Source: a virus
Virus record (IMG/VR): IMGVR_UViG_3300030333_007705
Location: 10,016 to 74,015 of that record
DNA: 64,000 nt
Strand: one strand, 5' to 3'
This document shows, in pieces, positions 43,155 to 51,705 of the stretch. Both the position numbers and the translations under genes were made by a program. Position 1 is the first letter of the stretch; every line of letters begins with the position of its first letter. The notes below the pieces were generated by a model that was not told the origin of the DNA, did not search any database, and saw nothing but the letters and a program-made list of their open reading frames with translations.

Positions 43155-43403
43155 TCATGCTCCTGTGATTTTTGTATTAATCTTGTTAAAGTAATTTACA
43201 AACTCATTGATGTCGTCGCCGTTCTTCAGCATACGATAAGCTCTCACAACTTGACGCATCTCGTCGCGACTTAGCCACCCGTTTTGAACGTAATTACTTC
43301 TCAAATCTCTTTTGTGTTCCTTGTACGGCTCCATCTCATCTTCAATAGCCTTAAACGCTTTAATAAACTCAACTGCGTACTCATCCTTCGTTAGGTCACT
43401 CAT
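43155..43403 (-). CDS. Small helical protein, possibly GapR/DUF2312-like DNA binder
   Basis: EFIKAFKAIEDE...MRQVVRAYR pattern. Confidence 0.6.
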   Translation of the reverse strand: MSDLTKDEYAVEFIKAFKAIEDEMEPYKEHKRDLRSNYVQNGWLSRDEMRQVVRAYRMLKNGDDINEFVNYFNKINTKITGA

Positions 43404-43426
43404 TATACTCTCCTTTGTTGTTTTTG

Positions 43427-45283
43427 TTAAGTGATTTCACAGGCGCCGCCAGCACAAGCTAGCTCGCCCGTCAGATTTGTATTATCCTCTGCTTCTATAA
43501 TTTTAGAAACATCCACCTCTTTTAAAAGGTTAAAACTCTTTTCGTATTCTTCCTTGCTGCAATCTTCGAACGGAGCCTGTTTATAATTGTGATCTGCCCA
43601 AGGTAGTACCGACAGGCCGTTATATACATTCTTGTTGTCCCACATCCACTCTGCAACCTCTTCCCATTCTTTTTCCTTAATAGAAATGGTGGCAGACACG
43701 TTGTGCGTATTCTGACCCCTGCAGTGGCCCGGGCGGACCCAATCATGAGAAACTGCCTGAACTCTCCTCAGCAAATCCAGAGCGCTCTCTTTTCTAGTGA
43801 TACTGCCTCTAGGGGCTTGCTGTGGTACAGTTATAACTGCAGTGTCATGAGGTCGAAAGAACTCATCTTCTACGAGTTCTGGATGGTTTACATACAAATA
43901 CCAATATATGGCCTCATTTTTCCCAACCCGTATTCTCCTCTTGTAGTGTCTGTTGTGCCATGCATGGATGCCACTAGAGGTGCCAAGAGTCAAGGATGTG
44001 GTGCCTGCAGGCTTAACACAAGTTGTCCTAGCTGCTGGTTTTATCCCAATCAAGCTTGCGACTCTTTTATTTTCCTTCCTAACAAGCTTGGCTGCAGTCG
44101 ACATGTCCAAATTAAGAACTTTACCTGATGCGATACCAGTCATAGAAACTCCAATCAATGCATCTTTTTCTGTTGTCCTGCGCCAAATATCTCGCAAATA
44201 ATGAAAATCAGTGTATCCTGCCTGGAGCGTGCCAATAAAGGCTGCTGCAGTGGCACGTTGCTCATAATCTTGTTGAGACTCTATGTTGGAAGCATTAATT
44301 TCAGTCAAATTACAAAATTGGTAGGGCCGGAGGGCAATCTCACAACATGGATTGGTGCCCCAGTCTTTATCGTTAGAGAAATAAAAACCAGGCTCCCCCG
44401 AGCCGCTAGCGCGGACGCGCTCCCAGATGTCCATAAAGAATTCTTTAGTGACTCTGTGGCGCATCAAAACTACTGAGTTGTTTGCCCTGCCTCGCTGAGG
44501 ATTTGTCTCCCACCAGTTTCCTGTTTTCGCAGCGAGCATCTCTTCATCGTCCGCCGAAAAAAGTGAAATAAGAGCAGCACGACGAATCCCCCCGGCGAGA
44601 ACAGCATCAGCAATGTAGCAAATAATGTCGTGTACTTCGATAGGTTCAAGCTGGTCTCCTGCTTCTTTGCTATCTAAAACTCCCCTGACCTTCAAAAGAC
44701 ATTCTTTTAAAGGCTGGGGGCCTGGGGCTTTGCCGCCAGAAGTAACTAGTCGCGCGCCTTTAGGACGGATGTCACTAAAATCAAAACGCACCCTGGAGCC
44801 CCCCTTAAAGTAGGATCCAATTAAAACTTTCACTGCGTCGGCCCAGCCTTCGATTGAGTCCCCAATTAAATATCTCCTAGTCCTCTTTAGGCTAGGTTTT
44901 TTGATTTCAGGTAATTTTTCAACGTGGTGCTTCTGCACAGAAAAACCAACACCTGTTCCTCCAAGAAGGAGAAACATGCACTCGCTGAAAGCCAGAATAT
45001 GATCAACAGGAAGGTAAGCGCAGTTGTAAATCCGGTTAGGAGCCACTTCAATTGGCTTGCCACCGAATTGCATCGATCGCATAGATGGTAAAACTTTTTT
45101 TTCATAGACATATTCATAGGCCTCCTTGATCTCGTCCCTTAGATCTGGATACTTCTTAATGTGCATATTTTTATTTCTGGTTACTAACTCTTCCCATGTC
45201 TCGCGGCGCTCAAGCTTCGGCTCAAAGCGCGCATATTTCATATGTACTGTGATGTCTGATAAGATTTTATTAGATAGTTCCAT
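43427..45283 (-). CDS. nrdJ: Class II (adenosylcobalamin) ribonucleotide reductase
   Basis: RETWEE, GTGVGFS, TNPCCEI, KPAGT, C-terminal CAGGACE. Confidence 0.92.
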   Translation of the reverse strand: MELSNKILSDITVHMKYARFEPKLERRETWEELVTRNKNMHIKKYPDLRDEIKEAYEYVYEKKVLPSMRSMQFGGKPIEVAPNRIYNCAYLPVDHILAFSECMFLLLGGTGVGFSVQKHHVEKLPEIKKPSLKRTRRYLIGDSIEGWADAVKVLIGSYFKGGSRVRFDFSDIRPKGARLVTSGGKAPGPQPLKECLLKVRGVLDSKEAGDQLEPIEVHDIICYIADAVLAGGIRRAALISLFSADDEEMLAAKTGNWWETNPQRGRANNSVVLMRHRVTKEFFMDIWERVRASGSGEPGFYFSNDKDWGTNPCCEIALRPYQFCNLTEINASNIESQQDYEQRATAAAFIGTLQAGYTDFHYLRDIWRRTTEKDALIGVSMTGIASGKVLNLDMSTAAKLVRKENKRVASLIGIKPAARTTCVKPAGTTSLTLGTSSGIHAWHNRHYKRRIRVGKNEAIYWYLYVNHPELVEDEFFRPHDTAVITVPQQAPRGSITRKESALDLLRRVQAVSHDWVRPGHCRGQNTHNVSATISIKEKEWEEVAEWMWDNKNVYNGLSVLPWADHNYKQAPFEDCSKEEYEKSFNLLKEVDVSKIIEAEDNTNLTGELACAGGACEIT

Positions 45284-46649
45284 CGGCTGCTTCCTTCTTT
45301 GTTTTTCTAAATTGTTTGTATTTTTCCTTTAGAGAAGTTGCGACTTGCTGAGGTGACGCGACAGGGCCCACAGAGGGACTGTCGACAGGCGAGAGGACCT
45401 GCAGATTGACACAAGACGTGTCCATAAGCATAGGGAACACCAGTCCATCGGGTCCATTTCTATTTTTTGCGATAAACATTCGTGCTGTATTGGCATTTTT
45501 GTCTCTTATCGTTCGTGAAACAGAGCAGATAAAGTCTGACACAAAGCACTTATTAAATGCCTCAGAGATAGATTCCATTGTTACCACTTCTGCGTTCAAT
45601 CCTGTCCTGTTGGTTTGCGAAGCTGTCCAAACAGGACACTTATTTTCTTGCGCAATAGCTCTTAGGTTTTCATAAATAGACTCTAACTCATTCCTCTTCT
45701 CTTTAAAAATTGCAGGGGCTCTTAGCAAATCAGCGTAATCTACTAAAATCATATCAATTTTGTGATTTCTTTTTTTTAATTTTTCTAAATGTGCGCGTAA
45801 AGTATTCGGAGAGGCGGTCTTTGTGGGGTATTCTTTAATAATAAGCGTCCCTTCAACTTCGCTAATAGCCTCTAAGACATCTTCTTTGCGATGAAATAAG
45901 GTAGACAACGGCACTTGACTAATGCAACTGTCGTATCTCTGCCCTGTTACGGCCTCCGACAATTCTAGTGTATAATGCACTACATTTTTGCCTGCTTTTA
46001 GCGCTTGGGCGCCCAAGTGTGCCAAAACCATTGATTTTCCTGCGCCCGTGGGGGCGATTACAACACCCATCTCGCCAGTACCTAAGCCGCCTTTCGTCAG
46101 CTTGTCAACTTTGTCCCAGCCAGTCGTTACAGGATTACGAGCTTTAATCTCATATCTCATCTCGAAGTCTTTAACAAACTCGTGACCAAAATCATTATCA
46201 GTGCCGAGATTCAGAGCCTCATCAATTACTTTTCTAACTTCATCGTATGATGAACTTTGAATTAAGTCGGCCGACTTCATAAGCGCTTCTTTGAGCTTCT
46301 GCTTTTTGCAAAAATCCAAAGATGTATCTTTGATGTACTTCTCGTCATCAACACTCTTAATGAGTGTTCGGCTAAAATAGTCTCTTACCTGTTTTTGAGT
46401 TGCTTCGTTTTGATTGTCAAGTTCTGTCCTCAGAATAGAGGCAATAATCTTATCAGTTGGATGGACGCCGTATTTTTTTCTATAACCAAACACCACCGAG
46501 ACAAAGACTCTCAGGTACTTTAGCTCAAAAAAATTTATATCTAAAACTTCTTCAAGTTGATCTGCGAATGGCCGGTCTTGTAAAATTAGTTGACATAAAG
46601 TCTCCTGAAATTGTTTTCCATATTTGGAAAAGCTGATATTGTCTGTCAT
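45270..46649 (-). CDS. Replicative DNA helicase (DnaB/gp41-like)
   Basis: APTGAGKS, YTLE, VDYADL, WTASQTNR, KNRNG. Confidence 0.93.
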   Translation of the reverse strand: MTDNISFSKYGKQFQETLCQLILQDRPFADQLEEVLDINFFELKYLRVFVSVVFGYRKKYGVHPTDKIIASILRTELDNQNEATQKQVRDYFSRTLIKSVDDEKYIKDTSLDFCKKQKLKEALMKSADLIQSSSYDEVRKVIDEALNLGTDNDFGHEFVKDFEMRYEIKARNPVTTGWDKVDKLTKGGLGTGEMGVVIAPTGAGKSMVLAHLGAQALKAGKNVVHYTLELSEAVTGQRYDSCISQVPLSTLFHRKEDVLEAISEVEGTLIIKEYPTKTASPNTLRAHLEKLKKRNHKIDMILVDYADLLRAPAIFKEKRNELESIYENLRAIAQENKCPVWTASQTNRTGLNAEVVTMESISEAFNKCFVSDFICSVSRTIRDKNANTARMFIAKNRNGPDGLVFPMLMDTSCVNLQVLSPVDSPSVGPVASPQQVATSLKEKYKQFRKTKKEAADGTI

Positions 46650-46683
46650 TTCTTCCTCGCTTAAATTTAAGATAACTACGGCA

Positions 46684-47658
46684 TCAAGAGTTGTCTACGC
46701 AAATCTTATTAAAATGCTGAAAGATCTCAGAAAAATTAGTTTCGCCAAAGCCATCCTGCAACATCATCTTTATGACCTCAGTCCTATTGAATGTATTGTC
46801 CGGAGAGTCTAGTGTGGCATTTATCTCTTTTTTTGAAGAAACTGTAAGCATAGGGGCATAGAGTTGCATCATCTTATAGTTGCGCTCAACAACCTGCCGA
46901 TGATCTACCACATTTTGGTATGCCTTGATGTCCTTTTCCTCTAGTTGCTTTTCGCAGTGTTCAATTAGGTCATCCACAGTTGCGGCCTGTTCGCTCCGCA
47001 GGAATGGGAAGCGGCGGGCGACTGTTTTCAATCCCAAGCCAGGAACACCGTCAAGATTATCTGATTTATCTCCGACGATCGCTCTGGCAATTGCAAAATT
47101 ATTAGGATGTATATCAAACTTGTCAAGCAAAATTTTTCGATTTACAACTTCTTTCTGTACAGGCCGCATCAAAACGGTGTGCTCATTTAGTAGCTGAAAA
47201 AAATCTTTATCGCTCGAAACAATCAACTTTTGCCAGTCTTTAAATCTGGGGTGCTGGGTAACGTAGCCAATGACATCATCAGCCTCTGTGCTATCAAACA
47301 TAAATTGGACAACTGGCATCTGGTTTAGATATTCGACCAGCCTGGTTTGTTGCCAAATTTTGTTTTCAAGCTCTTCGTGTTCAGACAGGTTTCTGATACC
47401 CCTATTGAGCCTAATTGGCTTTCTTCCAGCCTTGTAGTCTTTCTTGATTAGTTTTCTTTTACGAGAGCCTCCAGCACCATCCCAACAAACGACAATCATG
47501 TCAGGCTTTGACTCTCTAACAATCTTCTGTAAACTCTGGATGCAGCCCTTGAGACCGCCGATTGGCTGTCCGTTAAGAGACAGACTCGGATTTACAATAT
47601 AGTTCCTAAAAAATAGGTTCAACTGGTCAATGACCAGCATACGTTTAGAATTTTTCAC
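46684..47658 (-). CDS. 5'-3' exonuclease/flap endonuclease (PolI N-terminal/T4 RNase H-like)
   Basis: YKAGR, EADDVI, SSDKD, GDKSDNLDGV. Confidence 0.92.
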   Translation of the reverse strand: MKNSKRMLVIDQLNLFFRNYIVNPSLSLNGQPIGGLKGCIQSLQKIVRESKPDMIVVCWDGAGGSRKRKLIKKDYKAGRKPIRLNRGIRNLSEHEELENKIWQQTRLVEYLNQMPVVQFMFDSTEADDVIGYVTQHPRFKDWQKLIVSSDKDFFQLLNEHTVLMRPVQKEVVNRKILLDKFDIHPNNFAIARAIVGDKSDNLDGVPGLGLKTVARRFPFLRSEQAATVDDLIEHCEKQLEEKDIKAYQNVVDHRQVVERNYKMMQLYAPMLTVSSKKEINATLDSPDNTFNRTEVIKMMLQDGFGETNFSEIFQHFNKICVDNS

Positions 47659-47666
47659 TCTTTCCT

Positions 47667-48002
47667 CTAGTTTCTGTAGATTCTGTTTTGGACTTTTCCA
47701 ACTTTCGTAACAATAAAAGAATAAACACCATCGATCTTTCTAGCTTCAAAAGCCATTTTTTCGACATGCCTTCTCATCGAGTCCTCAGTTTGAAAAAATT
47801 TAACTTTCAGATATGTTTTCTCTGCGGATGCGGAAACTTTTTGAGCTGCCTCCTTGACAGTCACAACCGTGATTCCGCATACTCCGCGCAAATTATCTGT
47901 TATAAGAGTGAGTCTTTTTGTCCGATCCGAGCGCATTATAACATCCGCTTCATATAGAGTGTCTTTAAGATATTCCCTAACAAGGCTTTTTACAGAATCC
48001 AT
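47667..48002 (-). CDS. Hypothetical late protein
   Basis: CTATTTA at 48022-48028; N-terminus SLVREYLKDTLYE. Confidence 0.7.
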   Translation of the reverse strand: MDSVKSLVREYLKDTLYEADVIMRSDRTKRLTLITDNLRGVCGITVVTVKEAAQKVSASAEKTYLKVKFFQTEDSMRRHVEKMAFEARKIDGVYSFIVTKVGKVQNRIYRN

Positions 48003-48030
48003 TTAAAATTCTCCGTTTATATAAATAGTA

Positions 48031-48465
48031 CTAAAGCTTGTACATTTCAAACGTTCCTTCATTAGTTGTATAATAAACTCTTTTCACCCCGACATGTCTT
48101 AGTGCCTCATGGCACATAGGACAAGGCTTACTAGAACGAAACTCACCTTCTTTGTTAATGCGACAAACATAAATATCTGCGCCTGTGGTGCTGTCTCTCG
48201 ACAGGCCCAGGACGCAACCAAGTTCGGCATGCACGGTCGCTGGGCCTTGGCCTGACCTTCGAAAACGGTTGCCAAAAGAGCTAAAGTTCTCTTTATTGAA
48301 GGAAGCGTTTAGCACAGAGCCGCCCCTGACAAGAACCGCACCATGTCGAATGTTGCCATAAGTACTGTTATGAGCAACATTCCGCGCTAGTTCGAAATTG
48401 CGACTAATTTTGCGAGTCACGCTAACTTGCGTGCCTACCGCTTCTGTTCTTGACTTAAAAGACAT
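48031..48465 (-). CDS. Cytidine/deoxycytidylate deaminase-family protein
   Basis: HGAVL, HAE, PCPMC. Confidence 0.85.
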   Translation of the reverse strand: MSFKSRTEAVGTQVSVTRKISRNFELARNVAHNSTYGNIRHGAVLVRGGSVLNASFNKENFSSFGNRFRRSGQGPATVHAELGCVLGLSRDSTTGADIYVCRINKEGEFRSSKPCPMCHEALRHVGVKRVYYTTNEGTFEMYKL

Positions 48466-48510
48466 ACACCCTCTAGATAAATATAAGAACCTAGAGGGGA
48501 GTAGAAAGAA

Positions 48511-49620
48511 CTACTCAGAATCAATATTATAGAAATCGCTAGCTTTGCCTTCCTTGTTGTCGAAACGCATGATGATCTCCTCATCCATAATCTGGAGCAC
48601 TCTGGACTTGAATTTTTCATCTTTTAGCTTTTCTTTCCACTTTGCAGCTTGAAACTTGTCAACACTCCCATCTTCATATACAAGGTTATACCAAGCCCCA
48701 GCTTGCTTTAGATTATCCGATCCCTTGATTGCCTCAAGCCAGCTTTCTTCGTCCTGAATGCCAACATCGCCGCCCCACATAATTTTAAATGTGCATTGGC
48801 GACCCTCAGTGCCAAAGCGACTTTTCTTTAAAGTAACTTTAACTTCTGATCCAACTCGGTAACCATTTTCATCAACAATAAAAGACGCCTTGGCCTTCCT
48901 CTTAGTTAGCCAGATACGCAAAGAATAAGCGTAATGCATCGCCTTGCCTCCGGGCGTGACATAGGGAGTGGTCATCGCCTCCGCGACGTTGCTAGTAATG
49001 TTGGTCTTAAGCTGATTCAAAACCAAGAACGTTGATTCAGATGCAGCGATTGGCACGGTCAGCTTTGACATGCCTTTTGCAAGAATTCTTGGCTTAACAG
49101 CCATCGAGGACTGTGGGTTAAAGTCTCCTTCAACGTCGCTAATTGAAGGAGTAAGCGCCAGCGAGTCCCAAATAAACAACATTCTGTTATCGTTTGAGCC
49201 TAGTAGCTCTTCAATTGTCTCCAGCACATATTCAACGCTGGGCGGCTGTAGATATAGGATATTGTCAACGTCGCAGCCTGCGCTGGCTAAAAATTCAGGA
49301 TCAATAGCTGATTCTGAATCAAAGTATACAACGTCAATGCCCAGCTTTTGAGCATTCGCAGCAATTTGTGCTGCCATATAAGACTTACCTGAGCCTTCAA
49401 GTCCAGCGATTTCTACGATCTTTCCGACCGGAACTCCAGCTAGATGGCCCCTGCAGATAACACTATCAAGCCAGCGTGACCCCGTTGAAATCCACTCCTT
49501 GACTTGTGTTGGGTTGTCTTTTGTCAGGTCAAAAGCAACCTCTCTGCCTGATTTTTTGTTAATAAGATCTCGCATTTCGCCAATGCTCAAACGACCTAGT
49601 TTTTTCGCTTTCTTAGCCAC
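48511..49620 (-). CDS. recA: RecA/UvsX recombinase
   Basis: GLEGSGKS, DSE, WDS, LNQ, TPGG; GTG start after SD GGAGG (alternative ATG 49632). Confidence 0.93.
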   Translation of the reverse strand: MAKKAKKLGRLSIGEMRDLINKKSGREVAFDLTKDNPTQVKEWISTGSRWLDSVICRGHLAGVPVGKIVEIAGLEGSGKSYMAAQIAANAQKLGIDVVYFDSESAIDPEFLASAGCDVDNILYLQPPSVEYVLETIEELLGSNDNRMLFIWDSLALTPSISDVEGDFNPQSSMAVKPRILAKGMSKLTVPIAASESTFLVLNQLKTNITSNVAEAMTTPYVTPGGKAMHYAYSLRIWLTKRKAKASFIVDENGYRVGSEVKVTLKKSRFGTEGRQCTFKIMWGGDVGIQDEESWLEAIKGSDNLKQAGAWYNLVYEDGSVDKFQAAKWKEKLKDEKFKSRVLQIMDEEIIMRFDNKEGKASDFYNIDSE

Positions 49621-49639
49621 ACCTTCCTCCATTAAAAAT

Positions 49640-49670
49640 AAGGCACCTGTAACCCGTGCCTTCCTGCGGT
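49640..49670 (-). ncRNA. Pseudoknot-like 3'-UTR element, copy 1
   Basis: ACC-GCAGG-AAGGCAC-G-GGT-TACAG-GTGCCTT followed by ATTTTT. Confidence 0.6.
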
Positions 49671-49682
49671 ACTTACTAAAGT

Positions 49683-49964
49683 CTACTTGGTATTAGTACC
49701 GGTAGAAGGCGTAACAATCACCTCCTCAACAACAACAGGGGTGTTGTCGCTGTTGATAGGACCAGTAGTCTTAGTGCTAGTTGTGTTGGTTGTATTTGTA
49801 GCACTTTCGGTGCCAACGCTAGCGTCCAAACCATTTGAAACTGGGTCCGTATTTGGAGCCGGTGTCGTAGTGGGTTCAGCTACCGTAGTAGTTGTCTCTT
49901 CAGCAAACGGGTTACAACCAACCATCATTGCAAGACATGCCATAGTGGCAAAAATTCTAATCAT
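49683..49964 (-). CDS. Thr-rich lipoprotein
   Basis: Signal peptide with lipobox MVGC; low-complexity T/P/N tail. Confidence 0.75.
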   Translation of the reverse strand: MIRIFATMACLAMMVGCNPFAEETTTTVAEPTTTPAPNTDPVSNGLDASVGTESATNTTNTTSTKTTGPINSDNTPVVVEEVIVTPSTGTNTK

Positions 49965-49986
49965 AGTAAAATCCTTTTTAAAAAAT

Positions 49987-50018
49987 AAGGCACCTGTAAC
50001 CCCGTGCCTTCCTGCGGT
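49987..50018 (-). ncRNA. Pseudoknot-like 3'-UTR element, copy 2
   Basis: Identical to copy 1 apart from one extra G; 5 nt after the SSB stop. Confidence 0.6.
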
Positions 50019-50023
50019 TTTCT

Positions 50024-50770
50024 CTAGGCGCCTAGAAGATCCTCAAAAGCCTGATCAACAGAGCTTTTTTCTGAGTTGCTCGTATACCGAGCAGACTCAA
50101 CGGATGCATCTTCGGCATCCTCCTCCCCAAGGAGGAACTCATCCAGCATTGCTTGGACTTGCTCCGGCGTCTTACGTTCGAAGACATCGTTAAAGTCCGG
50201 AATGCTATCGAGTAGAGTACTAATCTCTTCCTCAGAATCCACGAGCTTGGAGGGACGACGACGGGGGGTGATAGTGGTCTGAGGAAATTGAGCGCCGGCT
50301 GGCTTGCCATAATTAATGACAAGGTCAGTGCCCTCATTTACATCAGTAATATCACCGTACTCGGGATTGAGAACGAGATTTAGCAACTCTTTATAGGCCA
50401 TCTTTCCATAGCCCCATAGTCGCACACCTTCCCCCTCTTCTCCACGGACGAGGACAGGTGAAAAGAAACGCTGTCGTGCAGACAGGTTTTTAGCCATCTT
50501 GACGGACTCGTCAGAGCCATCCTTGTATAGCTGTCGGATAAAATCATCAAGCGGATCATCTTCTCCGAAATTCTTCTTAGGGCTCAAGAAACCAGCGTTC
50601 TTGCCCAGGTTATAGTGAAACCAATACTGCTTGAATGGATCACCATCGGCAGTTGGTAGAAGGCGAATAGTTTGCTCGCCATCTTCCGGGCGCCAAAAGA
50701 CGCTCTTGCCATTTCCGCGATTCTCTAAGGCGTCGCGCTTCGCCTTCATTTTTGCAAAATCAATACCCAT
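50024..50770 (-). CDS. Single-stranded DNA-binding protein (gp32-like)
   Basis: FWRP, IRLLP, YGDITD...G, acidic tail DQAFEDLL. Confidence 0.88.
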   Translation of the reverse strand: MGIDFAKMKAKRDALENRGNGKSVFWRPEDGEQTIRLLPTADGDPFKQYWFHYNLGKNAGFLSPKKNFGEDDPLDDFIRQLYKDGSDESVKMAKNLSARQRFFSPVLVRGEEGEGVRLWGYGKMAYKELLNLVLNPEYGDITDVNEGTDLVINYGKPAGAQFPQTTITPRRRPSKLVDSEEEISTLLDSIPDFNDVFERKTPEQVQAMLDEFLLGEEDAEDASVESARYTSNSEKSSVDQAFEDLLGA

Positions 50771-50871
50771 TATTTTCTCCATTTTAATAGAGTACACCCG
50801 GCTAATGTTCCAGATGCCTGATTCTTTTTAACTTAGTTATACAATAGCAACTCTTGCTCAGTAGTAAAACT

Positions 50872-51705
50872 TTATTCTAAATATTCTTCCTGAACCATGG
50901 TGGCATAGTGTTTGGTGTAAACATACGTGTCCTTATAGGCAGTAGAATAAATTGAAAAAGAGGCATTAACCTCTTTCGATGATTTTGTACGCACTGATGA
51001 TCTGACGTCGTGCAGCAAAGACTTGTTTTCCTCCAAGTGAGAGTTGTTAACTCCAAAGTAGTATACTCTACTTCTGGGCATCTTTAAATCATAAAACAAC
51101 TTTTCCTCAAAATCCTCGAACTTGACAACACCAATGGTGCTAATCCTCGCAGTATCGGGCTTGCTTGAAAAAGTTGTCAGCAAAGGCTCTGTATTCTCGA
51201 ATACATTTATCATGTGAAAAGAATTAACAATTGTATCATTAATTGAGCCCCAGTAGTTTTTTAAAGATATGTGCGGCGTCAAGGCTTCTATTTTTTCATT
51301 AGAAACAAAGCAGAATTCCTCAATCACGCCAGAGCGAGTGTATTGTTGCAGCACCTGACTAACAACTCGATTTTGCGCAGAAGCGAGAGACGACATGTCT
51401 TCTTCGGCAGGCTTAATGTATAGAATTTTTATTTTATTTGTTTTCAACTCTTCAAGCAGGCGAAGAACACAGCCAGAAATAGCTCCGGCGCCGGAAAGCA
51501 CGAGCAAAAGCTGGTCTTCCGAAAAGTTTAATCCGAGCTTGGTATAGTTTTTTTCGTAACTCTCGTGATCCTGTTGTTTTAAAATTTTTATAAAATTGTC
51601 ATACCCGGCGTTCTCGACGTCGATGCACGTTGTAGAATACTCAGGAAATGAGGAAAATTTTTGTGCTATCCTGCAACCAGCGGATCCAAGACCTAAAACT
51701 CTCAT
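50872..51705 (-). CDS. Divergent tubulin/FtsZ-like protein
   Basis: LGLGSAGCRIA T1 loop; degenerate T4 loop SGAGAISG; VSN...INDTI. Confidence 0.6.
   Translation of the reverse strand: MRVLGLGSAGCRIAQKFSSFPEYSTTCIDVENAGYDNFIKILKQQDHESYEKNYTKLGLNFSEDQLLLVLSGAGAISGCVLRLLEELKTNKIKILYIKPAEEDMSSLASAQNRVVSQVLQQYTRSGVIEEFCFVSNEKIEALTPHISLKNYWGSINDTIVNSFHMINVFENTEPLLTTFSSKPDTARISTIGVVKFEDFEEKLFYDLKMPRSRVYYFGVNNSHLEENKSLLHDVRSSVRTKSSKEVNASFSIYSTAYKDTYVYTKHYATMVQEEYLE

Noticed and set aside
37688-45680. TAAATAG matches inside dnaE, the NTase-like gene and the helicase
   Set aside because: They lie deep in coding sequence with no nearby start; likely chance matches in AT-rich DNA
50872-51705. Claim of a nucleus-forming phage
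   Set aside because: Only a divergent tubulin-like gene is visible; no shell protein or multisubunit phage RNA polymerase is recognisable in this window
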